Assembly (NCBI GenBank): GCA_020725385.1
Contig: DYFC01000027.1
Coordinates: 1-14,238, forward strand
DNA length: 14,238 nucleotides
Direction: 5' to 3'
From: Nitrospira japonica
GTDB lineage: Bacteria > Nitrospirota > Thermodesulfovibrionia > Thermodesulfovibrionales > SM23-35
Part shown: positions 1 to 7,913 of the stretch, piece by piece
How the letters are laid out: each line of letters starts with the position of its first letter
Position numbering within the stretch: the stretch's first letter is position 1
Made by a program: the position numbers and the translations under genes
Notes under the pieces: model-generated
What the model was told of the DNA's origin: nothing
Databases searched by the model: none
The model's input: the letters and a program-made list of their open reading frames with translations, nothing else

Positions 1-1
1 T

Positions 2-2590
2 AACCATTTTCATAATCCTTTAAAATCATCTGAAGAATGGGAAGATGCGGGATTAAACGATACTGTTCTTGGAATATCTTACACTGGACAATCACAGGTG
101 CTATGGGCACAGAATCCAAATCAAAATATTGGAGGTAAGTGGTCATGGAAAGATGCACGAAGATATTTCTATATTGCATTAACAGGCAGAGACATTGATG
201 GCAGAGAAATAGCAAGAACAAAACAAGAGAGAGACTCATACTATGCATATACATTCAGGGCAATAGGTCAATTAATGCATCTTGTGCAAGATGCCTCTGT
301 TCCTGAGCATGTAAGAAATGATATTCATCTTTTGCCAGCATATGAGGCTAAGATAGAAGAATTTAGAACTAAGAAAGAAAAATATGATTATTTATGGGAT
401 AGATTATTTAAGAATCCTATCACATTTGATGAATCAATATTAAATATTTCTTCAACAAACCCATCTGCTCCTGTGACTATTTCTCGAATAGTTGATACGG
501 ATAAATACACAGGTAGCAATCCAGATATTACAAAAACCATATATGTTGATCTTCAACCTGCTCAACAGACTGTAGGTATATCTGAATACACCAATGCAAA
601 TTTTCTCAGTAAGGATACAATGTTTGAAAGAGATACTTTACATAATTTCTCTTTCCCTCGAACTATTGATACAATTTTATGGACTGATAGTAATAATCGG
701 AAATATTTCAGAAAAACTGGAAGCGGTGATACTATAAATCATTTAGCAATCACAAGCCTTATGTATTTTTATAGATGGAGATATTTTCCGCAATATGAAG
801 AATATCTTCCTGTTTCATTGGATGATGAATGCTATAAAGACTATGCATCTTTGCTAATTCCCCGAGCAGTTGGATATTCTGCGGGGTTACTGAATTATTT
901 TTTCAGAGGGAATATGGAGGGGTCCTATGTTAAAGAGCAAAGGGATGCCGGAGGAAACATCACAGGGATAACAATAAGAGTCACAAACCTTACAGTTGAT
1001 GAAACAATGAAAGGCAATTTAATGGTGGCTTATAGATATAAATTACAGGGCGAAACAGAATATACCTACGGACTTTCTAATATAATTACAAATATTGTTT
1101 TACCTTATCTTGATAGGGGAACATATACCTTTAATTTTCCTTCTTCAATATCTTCCAGAGCCTCTGAGAAACAGTACACTCTTGTATTCAGGGGAACACT
1201 TGGTAAAGAAGAAGGTGCAGTAATTGGTAAAGTTATAGGCATGATGACCACCCGTACAGTTGGACTTATCAATACATCGGGAGGAGACTCATATGGATTA
1301 TCACTAGCGGGAAGGGGCGGCAATGTAACTATACAGGCAGATGCAGTGATTCAACCTGTTAATGCCACAGGGTCTTTAATAGTTCCTGCTGGTACTACAG
1401 TGGCACTTTCAGGGATTCATGAGTATGTAACAATTCAGATAGATGGGACAGTGCAAGCAACGGGTTCTTTAACTCTAAGAACGTCAAACGGATTTTTCCT
1501 TAACGAAGGCGGACTCATAAGAGTGGAAAATGGTAAAAACGGTGGCACATTGATAGTTGAAAGCGAATGGATTGTGAAACTTGATGGTGTGATAGACACA
1601 TCTGGAAAGAATGCTGATTCAGAAGGTGGAGGAAACGGAGGCAATGTAACTATCAAGACCTCATATCCGATATTATTACAAGTTCCAACGATAGTAACAA
1701 GGGGTGGAGATGCAGATGAAGCTGCTATACATAGGGACCAAATATTAAGCAAAGGAGGCAGAGGTGGTGATGTTACCATCACTTCTATCAATGCCGATAT
1801 AATATTAGCTGGTGGTCCACCTCCAATTGATACATTACCTTTACCTCCACCATACAATCTGGGGAGCTTTGGGAAGACAAAACCTGATCCTGGAGAGAGA
1901 GTAGCTTTAAATAAAGCGATATATAATCCTGGCGAACAGATTGGTTTTAATAGAGGGATACTCACTTCAGGAGGTATGGGCGGTTCAGGACTTCTTGATA
2001 ATTGTTCTAACAATAACGGTGGTGAAGGTGGAGATGGAGGGGATATTTTTATAAGCACACAAAATGGAATTATCACGTTTAAGGACATTGACATTATAAC
2101 AGGGGCAGATGTCGAGACAGTTGTATCAACGATTTTTATTCCAGAGACAGGAGTGCAAAATATATATTATGCTTCAACAGGTTCACTTGGAGGAAAAGGA
2201 GTATCTGGAGGATGTGAAAGTAGCGGGAATGGTGGAAAAGGAGGCAATGCAGGCTCGATCACAGTTTTAGGGACAATACAGCCAGCACCAGCAAGATTTT
2301 TTAATGTAGGCGGACCTGATAATAATGGTTATATCGTTGGATTTAGTGATGGACAGAGGCGGCCTTATTATAATGACTATTATGAGGATTTTCTCATAGG
2401 CAGGACAATCCAGGCTGAAAGCGCAGATGGTTCTTTACTTTATCGTCTAAGGGTAGATTTTGCAGGTAATGCACTGGCAGGTTCAGGCGGTATCCCTGGC
2501 GGCTCAGTATTGTCAGGTTTCCCCGGGTTCTTCGGGTATCAGGGACAAGGTGGAACAATTTCCGGTCTGCTACCTATAACATTAAATTAA
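2..2590 (+). CDS. Large, probably secreted protein (5'-truncated by the window): Zn-dependent phospholipase C/S1-P1 nuclease-like domain, Ig-like linker, Gly-rich repeat C-terminal region
   Basis: The frame is open from base 2 (NHFHNPLKSSEEWEDAGLNDTVLGISYTGQSQVLWAQ), so the GTG at 98 is not the true start. Motifs NHFHNP, GQLMHLVQDASVPEH and IH...YE parallel the Zn ligands of Bacillus PC-PLC (HFYDP, HYLGD...PMH, HSKYE). The C-terminal half has about 5 repeats of I-x-T-S/R-G-G...GG-x-GG-[ND]-V-T-I. Confidence 0.65.
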   Translation, partial: NHFHNPLKSSEEWEDAGLNDTVLGISYTGQSQVLWAQNPNQNIGGKWSWKDARRYFYIALTGRDIDGREIARTKQERDSYYAYTFRAIGQLMHLVQDASVPEHVRNDIHLLPAYEAKIEEFRTKKEKYDYLWDRLFKNPITFDESILNISSTNPSAPVTISRIVDTDKYTGSNPDITKTIYVDLQPAQQTVGISEYTNANFLSKDTMFERDTLHNFSFPRTIDTILWTDSNNRKYFRKTGSGDTINHLAITSLMYFYRWRYFPQYEEYLPVSLDDECYKDYASLLIPRAVGYSAGLLNYFFRGNMEGSYVKEQRDAGGNITGITIRVTNLTVDETMKGNLMVAYRYKLQGETEYTYGLSNIITNIVLPYLDRGTYTFNFPSSISSRASEKQYTLVFRGTLGKEEGAVIGKVIGMMTTRTVGLINTSGGDSYGLSLAGRGGNVTIQADAVIQPVNATGSLIVPAGTTVALSGIHEYVTIQIDGTVQATGSLTLRTSNGFFLNEGGLIRVENGKNGGTLIVESEWIVKLDGVIDTSGKNADSEGGGNGGNVTIKTSYPILLQVPTIVTRGGDADEAAIHRDQILSKGGRGGDVTITSINADIILAGGPPPIDTLPLPPPYNLGSFGKTKPDPGERVALNKAIYNPGEQIGFNRGILTSGGMGGSGLLDNCSNNNGGEGGDGGDIFISTQNGIITFKDIDIITGADVETVVSTIFIPETGVQNIYYASTGSLGGKGVSGGCESSGNGGKGGNAGSITVLGTIQPAPARFFNVGGPDNNGYIVGFSDGQRRPYYNDYYEDFLIGRTIQAESADGSLLYRLRVDFAGNALAGSGGIPGGSVLSGFPGFFGYQGQGGTISGLLPITLN

Positions 2591-2633
2591 CCCAAAAATT
2601 CAGACAATGTCTTAACGCCTCTTAAATACTGTG

Positions 2634-2658
2634 GATGCTGAAACAAGTTCAGCATGAC
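2634..2658. repeat. REP-like palindrome copy 1 (GATGCTGAAACAAGTTCAGCATGAC)
   Basis: Perfect 8-bp stem ATGCTGAA/TTCAGCAT (2635-2642/2648-2655) with an ACAAG loop and a TGAC tail. Confidence 0.8.
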
Positions 2659-2680
2659 AATTTTTAAAACCTTAAAAATC

Positions 2681-2732
2681 GTCATCATAAAACATGCCCT
2701 AAACTTGTTTAGGGGTAGATTCAGAATTTACA
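2681..2732. repeat. Inverted, nested REP-like copy 2
   Basis: Starts with GTCAT and contains the hairpin CCCTAAA-CTTG-TTTAGGG (2697-2714), whose reverse complement carries the same AAACAAGTT core. TTCAGAATTTACA (2720-2732) matches the reverse complement of TGTGGATGCTGAA (2630-2642) at 10/13. Confidence 0.65.
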
Positions 2733-2832
2733 ACTGCATTTTTCAGATTAATGTTTTGAAGGGTTACTGTTATAATCAAGCACATTACAATTTATTTGGA
2801 TTATATAAGATACTAAACATAGAGAATAAACC

Positions 2833-2857
2833 ATTTCTTGAAACAAGCTCGGGGAAT
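2833..2857. repeat. Degenerate REP-like copy 3 (ATTTCTTGAAACAAGCTCGGGGAAT)
   Basis: Same TGAAACAAG core. A 9-bp stem is possible with three G-T/U pairs around the ACAAG loop. Confidence 0.5.
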
Positions 2858-2864
2858 ATGAATA

Positions 2865-2900
2865 TTAAAAAAACATTCTATTTTAGATTATAATAATCTA
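2865..2900 (+). promoter_or_regulatory. Putative sigma70 promoter for def, probably leaderless, overlapped by a 7-3-7 inverted repeat
   Basis: Perfect TATAAT at 2889-2894, 5 nt before the ATG at 2900. Weak -35 TTAAAA at 2865-2870. No Shine-Dalgarno. Inverted repeat TAGATTA-TAA-TAATCTA at 2884-2900. Confidence 0.5.
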
Positions 2901-3415
2901 TGGCGTTACTTGAAATTAAAAAATATCCTGACAAAATTTTAAAACAAAAGACAAAAGAATTATCGAATATTGATGGAGATACACAGAAACTTATTGATGA
3001 TATGCTCGAAACAATGCATAGAGTCAGAGGACTCGGGCTTGCAGCCAACCAGGTTGGAGTATCTCAGAAGTTATGTGTCATTGACCTGAGCTTAAAAGAA
3101 GATAATAAGATACCTCTTATAATTCTCATAAATCCTGTTATAGTTGAAACAGATGGCTCGGTTGATGCGGAAGAAGGATGTCTGAGTCTGCCCGGTTATA
3201 TGTCTTCGATAAAAAGGGCAGAGAAAGTATTTGTGAAAGGCTTGAATCGAGATGGCAAACCAATTGAACTCGAGGGGACAGGACTTCTTGCCCGGGCATT
3301 ACAGCATGAGATTGACCATCTTGAAGGTATGTTAATGTTCGACAGAATGAGTCCTATTAAAAGAGAATTTTTTAAAAGAAAATATTTGAGAGATATAAAA
3401 AAAATTAAAGACTGA
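2900..3415 (+). CDS. def: Peptide deformylase
   Basis: All three PDF motifs are present (GLGLAANQVG, EGCLS, QHEIDHLEG) and the gene is adjacent to fmt. Confidence 0.98.
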   Translation: MALLEIKKYPDKILKQKTKELSNIDGDTQKLIDDMLETMHRVRGLGLAANQVGVSQKLCVIDLSLKEDNKIPLIILINPVIVETDGSVDAEEGCLSLPGYMSSIKRAEKVFVKGLNRDGKPIELEGTGLLARALQHEIDHLEGMLMFDRMSPIKREFFKRKYLRDIKKIKD

Positions 3416-3460
3416 AAAATAATTCCATGTTCTGTTCTTATTCGTAGTTTTTTAAATATT

Positions 3461-4384
3461 ATGCAAATCGTATTTTTTGGCACTCCACAATTCGCTATAC
3501 CATCTCTTAAAGCACTTATTGCTTCAGGCAATAAAGTGCTTGCGGTAGTAACTCAATCCGACAAGAGAAGAGGACGGTTAGGGAATCCTTCTCCTCCACC
3601 GGTTAAAGAACTTGCAGTAAGTGAAAATATCAAGGTGTTACAACCCGAAAAAATAAATTCTCCCTTATTTATTGAGGAATTATCTCGCCTTGAGCCTGAT
3701 ATAATTGTAGTTGTAGCTTACGGAAAAATATTGCCTCCCCGGATACTGAATCTTCCACGCCTTGGATGTATTAATGTACATGCATCTATACTTCCTAAAT
3801 ATAGAGGTGCTGCACCAATTCAGTGGGCGATTATAAATGGAGAAAAAGAAACCGGTGTAACCACAATGTTAATGGATGAAGGACTCGATACAGGTGATAT
3901 TTTTCTTCAGGAACGCATTAAAATCGAAGAAGAAGATAATTCAGAAACTCTTGCAAAAAAGCTCTCTGAATTAGGGGCATCATTATTAATAAAAACCATT
4001 GAAGGTCTTGATTTAGGCAATCTAAACCCTGTTCCACAACATGGTACACCTTCTTATGCTCCTGTACTTAAAAAAGAAGACGGAAGAATAAACTGGAATA
4101 TGATTGCTACTGATATATGGAATTTTGTGCGCGGCATGTATCCATGGCCTGGAGCTTTTACCAATTTGAACACGGAAAGATTAAAGATAATAAATGTAAA
4201 ACCTATTCAAGGACAGGGCATTCCCGGCAGGATTGAAAGTATTTCAAATAAACTTATTATCGGTACAGGAAATGGTTTAATCGAAATTATTGAGATTCAA
4301 CCTGAAGGGAAAAGAATAATGAATGCAAAAGAATTTATTATTGGAAGAAGACTGAAAGAAGGCGACTTTTTTGGCAATTATTAA
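3461..4384 (+). CDS. fmt: Methionyl-tRNA formyltransferase
   Basis: Motifs FFGTPQFA, VVAYGKILP, INVHASILPKYRGAAPIQWAI, MDEGLDTGD and PWPGAFT; 307 aa; follows def. Confidence 0.98.
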   Translation: MQIVFFGTPQFAIPSLKALIASGNKVLAVVTQSDKRRGRLGNPSPPPVKELAVSENIKVLQPEKINSPLFIEELSRLEPDIIVVVAYGKILPPRILNLPRLGCINVHASILPKYRGAAPIQWAIINGEKETGVTTMLMDEGLDTGDIFLQERIKIEEEDNSETLAKKLSELGASLLIKTIEGLDLGNLNPVPQHGTPSYAPVLKKEDGRINWNMIATDIWNFVRGMYPWPGAFTNLNTERLKIINVKPIQGQGIPGRIESISNKLIIGTGNGLIEIIEIQPEGKRIMNAKEFIIGRRLKEGDFFGNY

Positions 4385-4901
4385 GATTGCAAGGGGATTT
4401 ACACTTAAAATTCTTTACCCTCTTTTTATGCTGGCAGGTTCATTTATAAAGAGTAAAAAAGAGAGCTATCAGAATTTTATCATCGGGCTTAATAACGAAC
4501 TTGTAATAAAAGAAAAGCCATTACCAAAAAAAATACTCCTTCTTCTTCCTCATTGCCTTCAAATTAATGAGTGTGATATAAGATTGACGTATAATATAAA
4601 CAATTGTAAACGCTGCGGCAAATGCCCGATAAAGGATCTGATTTATTTGGCTGAAGGAAGCGGCCTTGAAATTTTTATTGCAACAGGAGGATCATTGGCA
4701 AGAAGAATAATTCATGATGTCAAACCCGAGGCTGTTATTGCAGTAGCATGTGAAAATGATTTAAGCAGTGGCATTGCGGATATTTATCCAATGCCTGTTA
4801 TCGGTATCCCGAACGAAAGACCATTCGGACCGTGTATAAACACAAGGGTAAATATTGAAAAAATAAAGGAAGCTGTGAGGTTTTTTGCGCGGAAACAATG
4901 A
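4371..4901 (+). CDS. DUF116 family Cys-rich protein
   Basis: Motifs LLLPHCLQ...C, NCKRCGKC, ATGGSLAR, AVACENDL..G and NERPFGPCINT. This family typically lies after fmt. TTG start overlaps fmt by 14 nt, so the start is uncertain. Confidence 0.85.
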   Translation: MAIIKIARGFTLKILYPLFMLAGSFIKSKKESYQNFIIGLNNELVIKEKPLPKKILLLLPHCLQINECDIRLTYNINNCKRCGKCPIKDLIYLAEGSGLEIFIATGGSLARRIIHDVKPEAVIAVACENDLSSGIADIYPMPVIGIPNERPFGPCINTRVNIEKIKEAVRFFARKQ

Positions 4902-5590
4902 AGAAAGAAATTAGCAAGCTATTAAGTTTTCCATTGTATATATTTTCATTTATATTGCTCGGGCTTTTTTTTGGCTTTATTACATTTAAAATATTAAGTT
5001 TTAGTAGAACCGTGGAGGTGCCGGAACTTAGGGGCAAAAGTCTTGTTGAAGCAAATAAATTTCTAAATGATGCCGGATTGTATTTAAAGATAGAAGGAGA
5101 AGATTATGATTCCGAAATTCCCCAGGGTCGAATAATCAAACAGGATGTGCCTCCAGGGAATAAAGTCAAAGAGCGTAGAGGTATAAAGGTTTTAATAAGC
5201 AAGGGTCCACGAATCAACTCTGTTCCATTGCTTGTAAATGAAACCATTGGAAATGCTGAATCCCTGCTTACCAGCAAAGGACTCAAATTTGGAAAAATAA
5301 TCGCGGTACATTCGGATGTTGTTGAAAAAGATCTTATAATAGCCCAGCGACCAGAACCAAATGATCCTGTCAGCGATACAATTACGGTAATTGTAAGTAT
5401 GGGACCTTATGAAAAAATATATTTTTGTCCAAATTTCAAAGGGATGACAATTGAACAGGCAAAATTTCTTATAACAAAACTTAATTTAAAACTTATAATA
5501 AACGGTGAAGGAGAAATTGTAGAATCACAAAATCCCGAGCCGGGAAGACAAATAAAAAGTGGTGACACAATTTACTTGAAGCTTATCTAA
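4898..5590 (+). CDS. Membrane-anchored PASTA domain protein (three PASTA repeats, no kinase domain)
   Basis: N-terminal transmembrane helix. Repeats VEVPELRGKSLVEA...IIKQDVPPG, VPLLVNETIGNA...IIAQRPEP and CPNFKGMTIEQA...VESQNPEPG. ATGA overlap with the DUF116 gene. Confidence 0.88.
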   Translation: MKKEISKLLSFPLYIFSFILLGLFFGFITFKILSFSRTVEVPELRGKSLVEANKFLNDAGLYLKIEGEDYDSEIPQGRIIKQDVPPGNKVKERRGIKVLISKGPRINSVPLLVNETIGNAESLLTSKGLKFGKIIAVHSDVVEKDLIIAQRPEPNDPVSDTITVIVSMGPYEKIYFCPNFKGMTIEQAKFLITKLNLKLIINGEGEIVESQNPEPGRQIKSGDTIYLKLI

Positions 5591-5632
5591 GTTTATATTT
5601 ATTATATATTCTGAAAAAAATACGGGGGTAAT

Positions 5633-6292
5633 ATGTTAAAGATAGCTCCTTCAATTCTGTCTGCCGATTTCTTAAGACTCGGAGATGATATAAAAGCTGC
5701 TGAGATCGCTGGCGCTGATTTATTGCATATAGATGTAATGGATGGACATTTTGTTCCTAATATTACAATCGGGCCTGCTATAGTTGAAGCAATAGATAAG
5801 GTTACTAAATTACCTCTGGATGTACATCTTATGATTGAAAATCCTGAAAAGTATATTCAAGATTTCATAGATGCCGGTGCCGATTACTTAACAATACACT
5901 ATGAAGCTTCTATACATTTACACAGAACAATTCAGTATATCAAAGGGAAAGGAATTAAAGCAGGGGTATCTTTAAATCCTTCAACTACTATTAATAGTCT
6001 GGAGGAAGTCATTAATGATATTGACATGGTTCTAATAATGTCGGTTAATCCGGGGTTTGGTGGCCAGAAATATATTCAAAAATCTACCGATAAGATTAAA
6101 AGATTAAAAAACCTTATAACCGAAAAGGGTTCAAATGCTTTAATAGAAGTTGATGGAGGAATAGGAATCGATAACGCTTTAGAAGTAATTTCATCTGGTG
6201 CTGATATTCTTGTAATGGGTTCGGCATTTTTCAACTCAGGAGACTATGAAACATTTGTCAAAAAAATCAGAAATATCGCAGACAACAGATAA
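5633..6292 (+). CDS. rpe: Ribulose-phosphate 3-epimerase
   Basis: Motifs IAPSILSAD, HIDVMDGHFVPN, DVHLM, MSVNPGFGGQ and EVDGGI. GGGGG Shine-Dalgarno-like sequence upstream. Confidence 0.98.
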   Translation: MLKIAPSILSADFLRLGDDIKAAEIAGADLLHIDVMDGHFVPNITIGPAIVEAIDKVTKLPLDVHLMIENPEKYIQDFIDAGADYLTIHYEASIHLHRTIQYIKGKGIKAGVSLNPSTTINSLEEVINDIDMVLIMSVNPGFGGQKYIQKSTDKIKRLKNLITEKGSNALIEVDGGIGIDNALEVISSGADILVMGSAFFNSGDYETFVKKIRNIADNR

Positions 6293-7358
6293 AATCTTTA
6301 ACAAAGCAGAATCATTAAGAAAAAATTGTCTATACAAAGAATCTCTTGTTTTTTTTAAGAAGGCTTTAAAGAAATACATATTTCTAAATGATACTGCAAA
6401 CATATTTCGTTCCTATGCAGCAATTGGTGATGTTTACAGGATGATAGGCAATTTCAACCTTGCTGCGGACAACTATCTTGCAGCAATTAATATTTCTAAT
6501 TCTGAAGATTGTGCTGTCATGAAAGCTGATGCCGGTGTTGGTTTGGGGCTCTCCATGCGTGCTCTCGGAAACTGGAAAGATGCCCTTTTTCATTTAAATA
6601 GATCCAAAAAATATTATAGAAAGAATAATGATACCGAAGGTCTTGCTTTTACCCTTTGGGCTGAAGCCGGAACATACAGAATAAAAGGAGATATTAAAAA
6701 AGCAATTAACACTTTCTTAGAATCCATGAAATTGTTTGAATCTTTAAAAGATATGCATGGTACAGGATATTGCATGTGCGGGCTCGGTGGAACTTCAAGG
6801 GTTGCAGGCAATTTTTCGGATTCATTGAAATATTACAAAGCTGCCAACAGGATATTCATGAAATTAAAAGATAAATTTGGAATTGCTTATTCATATTGCG
6901 GAATTGGTAACGCATATAGAATGTTATCAGATTTTAAAAAATCGTTTGCATTTTTCAGAAAAGCTTCAAAAACATATGAAAAAATAGGGGATATTGTTAG
7001 TTATTCTTATACGCTATGGGGAATTGGAACATCACATAAGATGATCGGGAATTACGAAGAAGCAAATGGATTTTTCAATAAAGCTATTCTGAATTTTAAA
7101 AAGACAAAAGATCCGCGTGGTATGATTTACTGTAAACTTGCTAAAGGAGAACTATCTTTGCTGAACGGAAGAACACTTCTGGCTAATAAATATATTGAAA
7201 GAGCATTAAATGATGCGATTAGATATAAATTTGCTATAGAAAAATGTTATGCAAATACATTAAAATCTATACTTACAAAAGGCAATGTAAATTTATCCTG
7301 TTATAAAAATCTTGGTATCGAACTTAATTTGAGAGAAATACCGCTCAATATACCTTAA
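6246..7358 (+). CDS. Tetratricopeptide repeat protein (about 40-aa MalT-like TPR units)
   Basis: Recurring units such as G.AY.YCGIGNAYR...F..S..F..A...Y..I.D at ~40-aa spacing. AGGAG at 6238-6242 precedes the ATG. Overlaps rpe by 47 nt. Confidence 0.85.
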   Translation: MKHLSKKSEISQTTDKIFNKAESLRKNCLYKESLVFFKKALKKYIFLNDTANIFRSYAAIGDVYRMIGNFNLAADNYLAAINISNSEDCAVMKADAGVGLGLSMRALGNWKDALFHLNRSKKYYRKNNDTEGLAFTLWAEAGTYRIKGDIKKAINTFLESMKLFESLKDMHGTGYCMCGLGGTSRVAGNFSDSLKYYKAANRIFMKLKDKFGIAYSYCGIGNAYRMLSDFKKSFAFFRKASKTYEKIGDIVSYSYTLWGIGTSHKMIGNYEEANGFFNKAILNFKKTKDPRGMIYCKLAKGELSLLNGRTLLANKYIERALNDAIRYKFAIEKCYANTLKSILTKGNVNLSCYKNLGIELNLREIPLNIP

Positions 7359-7373
7359 TTTATCGGGAGTTTT

Positions 7374-7913
7374 ATGGGGGTTTTAAATATACCTAATACA
7401 CTTACTGTTGCACGTATTTTGATTATTCCAGTTTTTATTACTTCTATAATATATAAGCGTTACAATTATTCTTTATATTTGTTTATAATCGCTGCCCTTA
7501 CCGATTTATTTGACGGACTTTTCGCCCGTCTGACAAATCAGAAAACCGAACTGGGTACATTCCTTGACCCTATTGCGGATAAATTTCTTCTTGTCACATC
7601 TTTTATAATTTTTACTGTTTATGGCTGGATTCCAAAGTGGCTTACAATAATAGTTATTAGCAGGGATGTAATAGTTATAACAGGATGGTTAATTATTTAT
7701 TTTACTTCAGGAATCTCAAGGGTTGAGCCATCAATTATTGGAAAAGCAACTATATGGTTTCAGAGTTTGCTCATTGCATATATATTAATAGATGTTAATA
7801 TTCCACTTTCTGAAGGATTTCCTGAATTATTTTTCATAATAACAGCTTGTGTCACCATAATATCCGGACTTGATTATATTTACAAAGGTTTGAAATTAAC
7901 ACATGCGGTCTGA
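7374..7913 (+). CDS. pgsA: CDP-alcohol phosphatidyltransferase (PgsA-like)
   Basis: NIPNTLTVAR plus the family motif DLFDGLFAR-x7-GTFLDPIADK; multiple transmembrane segments; GGGAG Shine-Dalgarno at 7365-7369. The exact substrate cannot be determined from sequence. Confidence 0.8.
   Translation: MGVLNIPNTLTVARILIIPVFITSIIYKRYNYSLYLFIIAALTDLFDGLFARLTNQKTELGTFLDPIADKFLLVTSFIIFTVYGWIPKWLTIIVISRDVIVITGWLIIYFTSGISRVEPSIIGKATIWFQSLLIAYILIDVNIPLSEGFPELFFIITACVTIISGLDYIYKGLKLTHAV

Larger units (their letters stand above)
2587..2751. mobile_element. Non-autonomous MITE-like element with imperfect terminal inverted repeats and an internal REPIN-like palindrome
   Basis: Left end is TTAACCCAAAAATTCAGAC (2587-2605). 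The reverse complement of the right end (2734-2751) is TTAATCTGAAAAATGCAG. TTAA lies at both extremities and nested hairpins span 2630-2732. Confidence 0.55.

Noticed and set aside
98-100. GTG start for ORF1
   Set aside because: The frame is open to the window edge and the conserved NHFHNP motif lies upstream.
1435-2094. 219-aa minus-strand ORF (also 1105-1323)
   Set aside because: Pro/Ser-rich antisense shadow of the Gly-rich codons of ORF1, with no independent motifs.
2634-2857. CRISPR array interpretation of the palindromic repeats
   Set aside because: The copies are divergent, inverted and irregularly spaced, there are no uniform spacers, and no cas genes are present.
2654-2893. 79-aa plus-strand ORF
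   Set aside because: Starts inside the REP hairpin, runs through palindromic repeat DNA and the def promoter, and has no RBS or recognisable motif.
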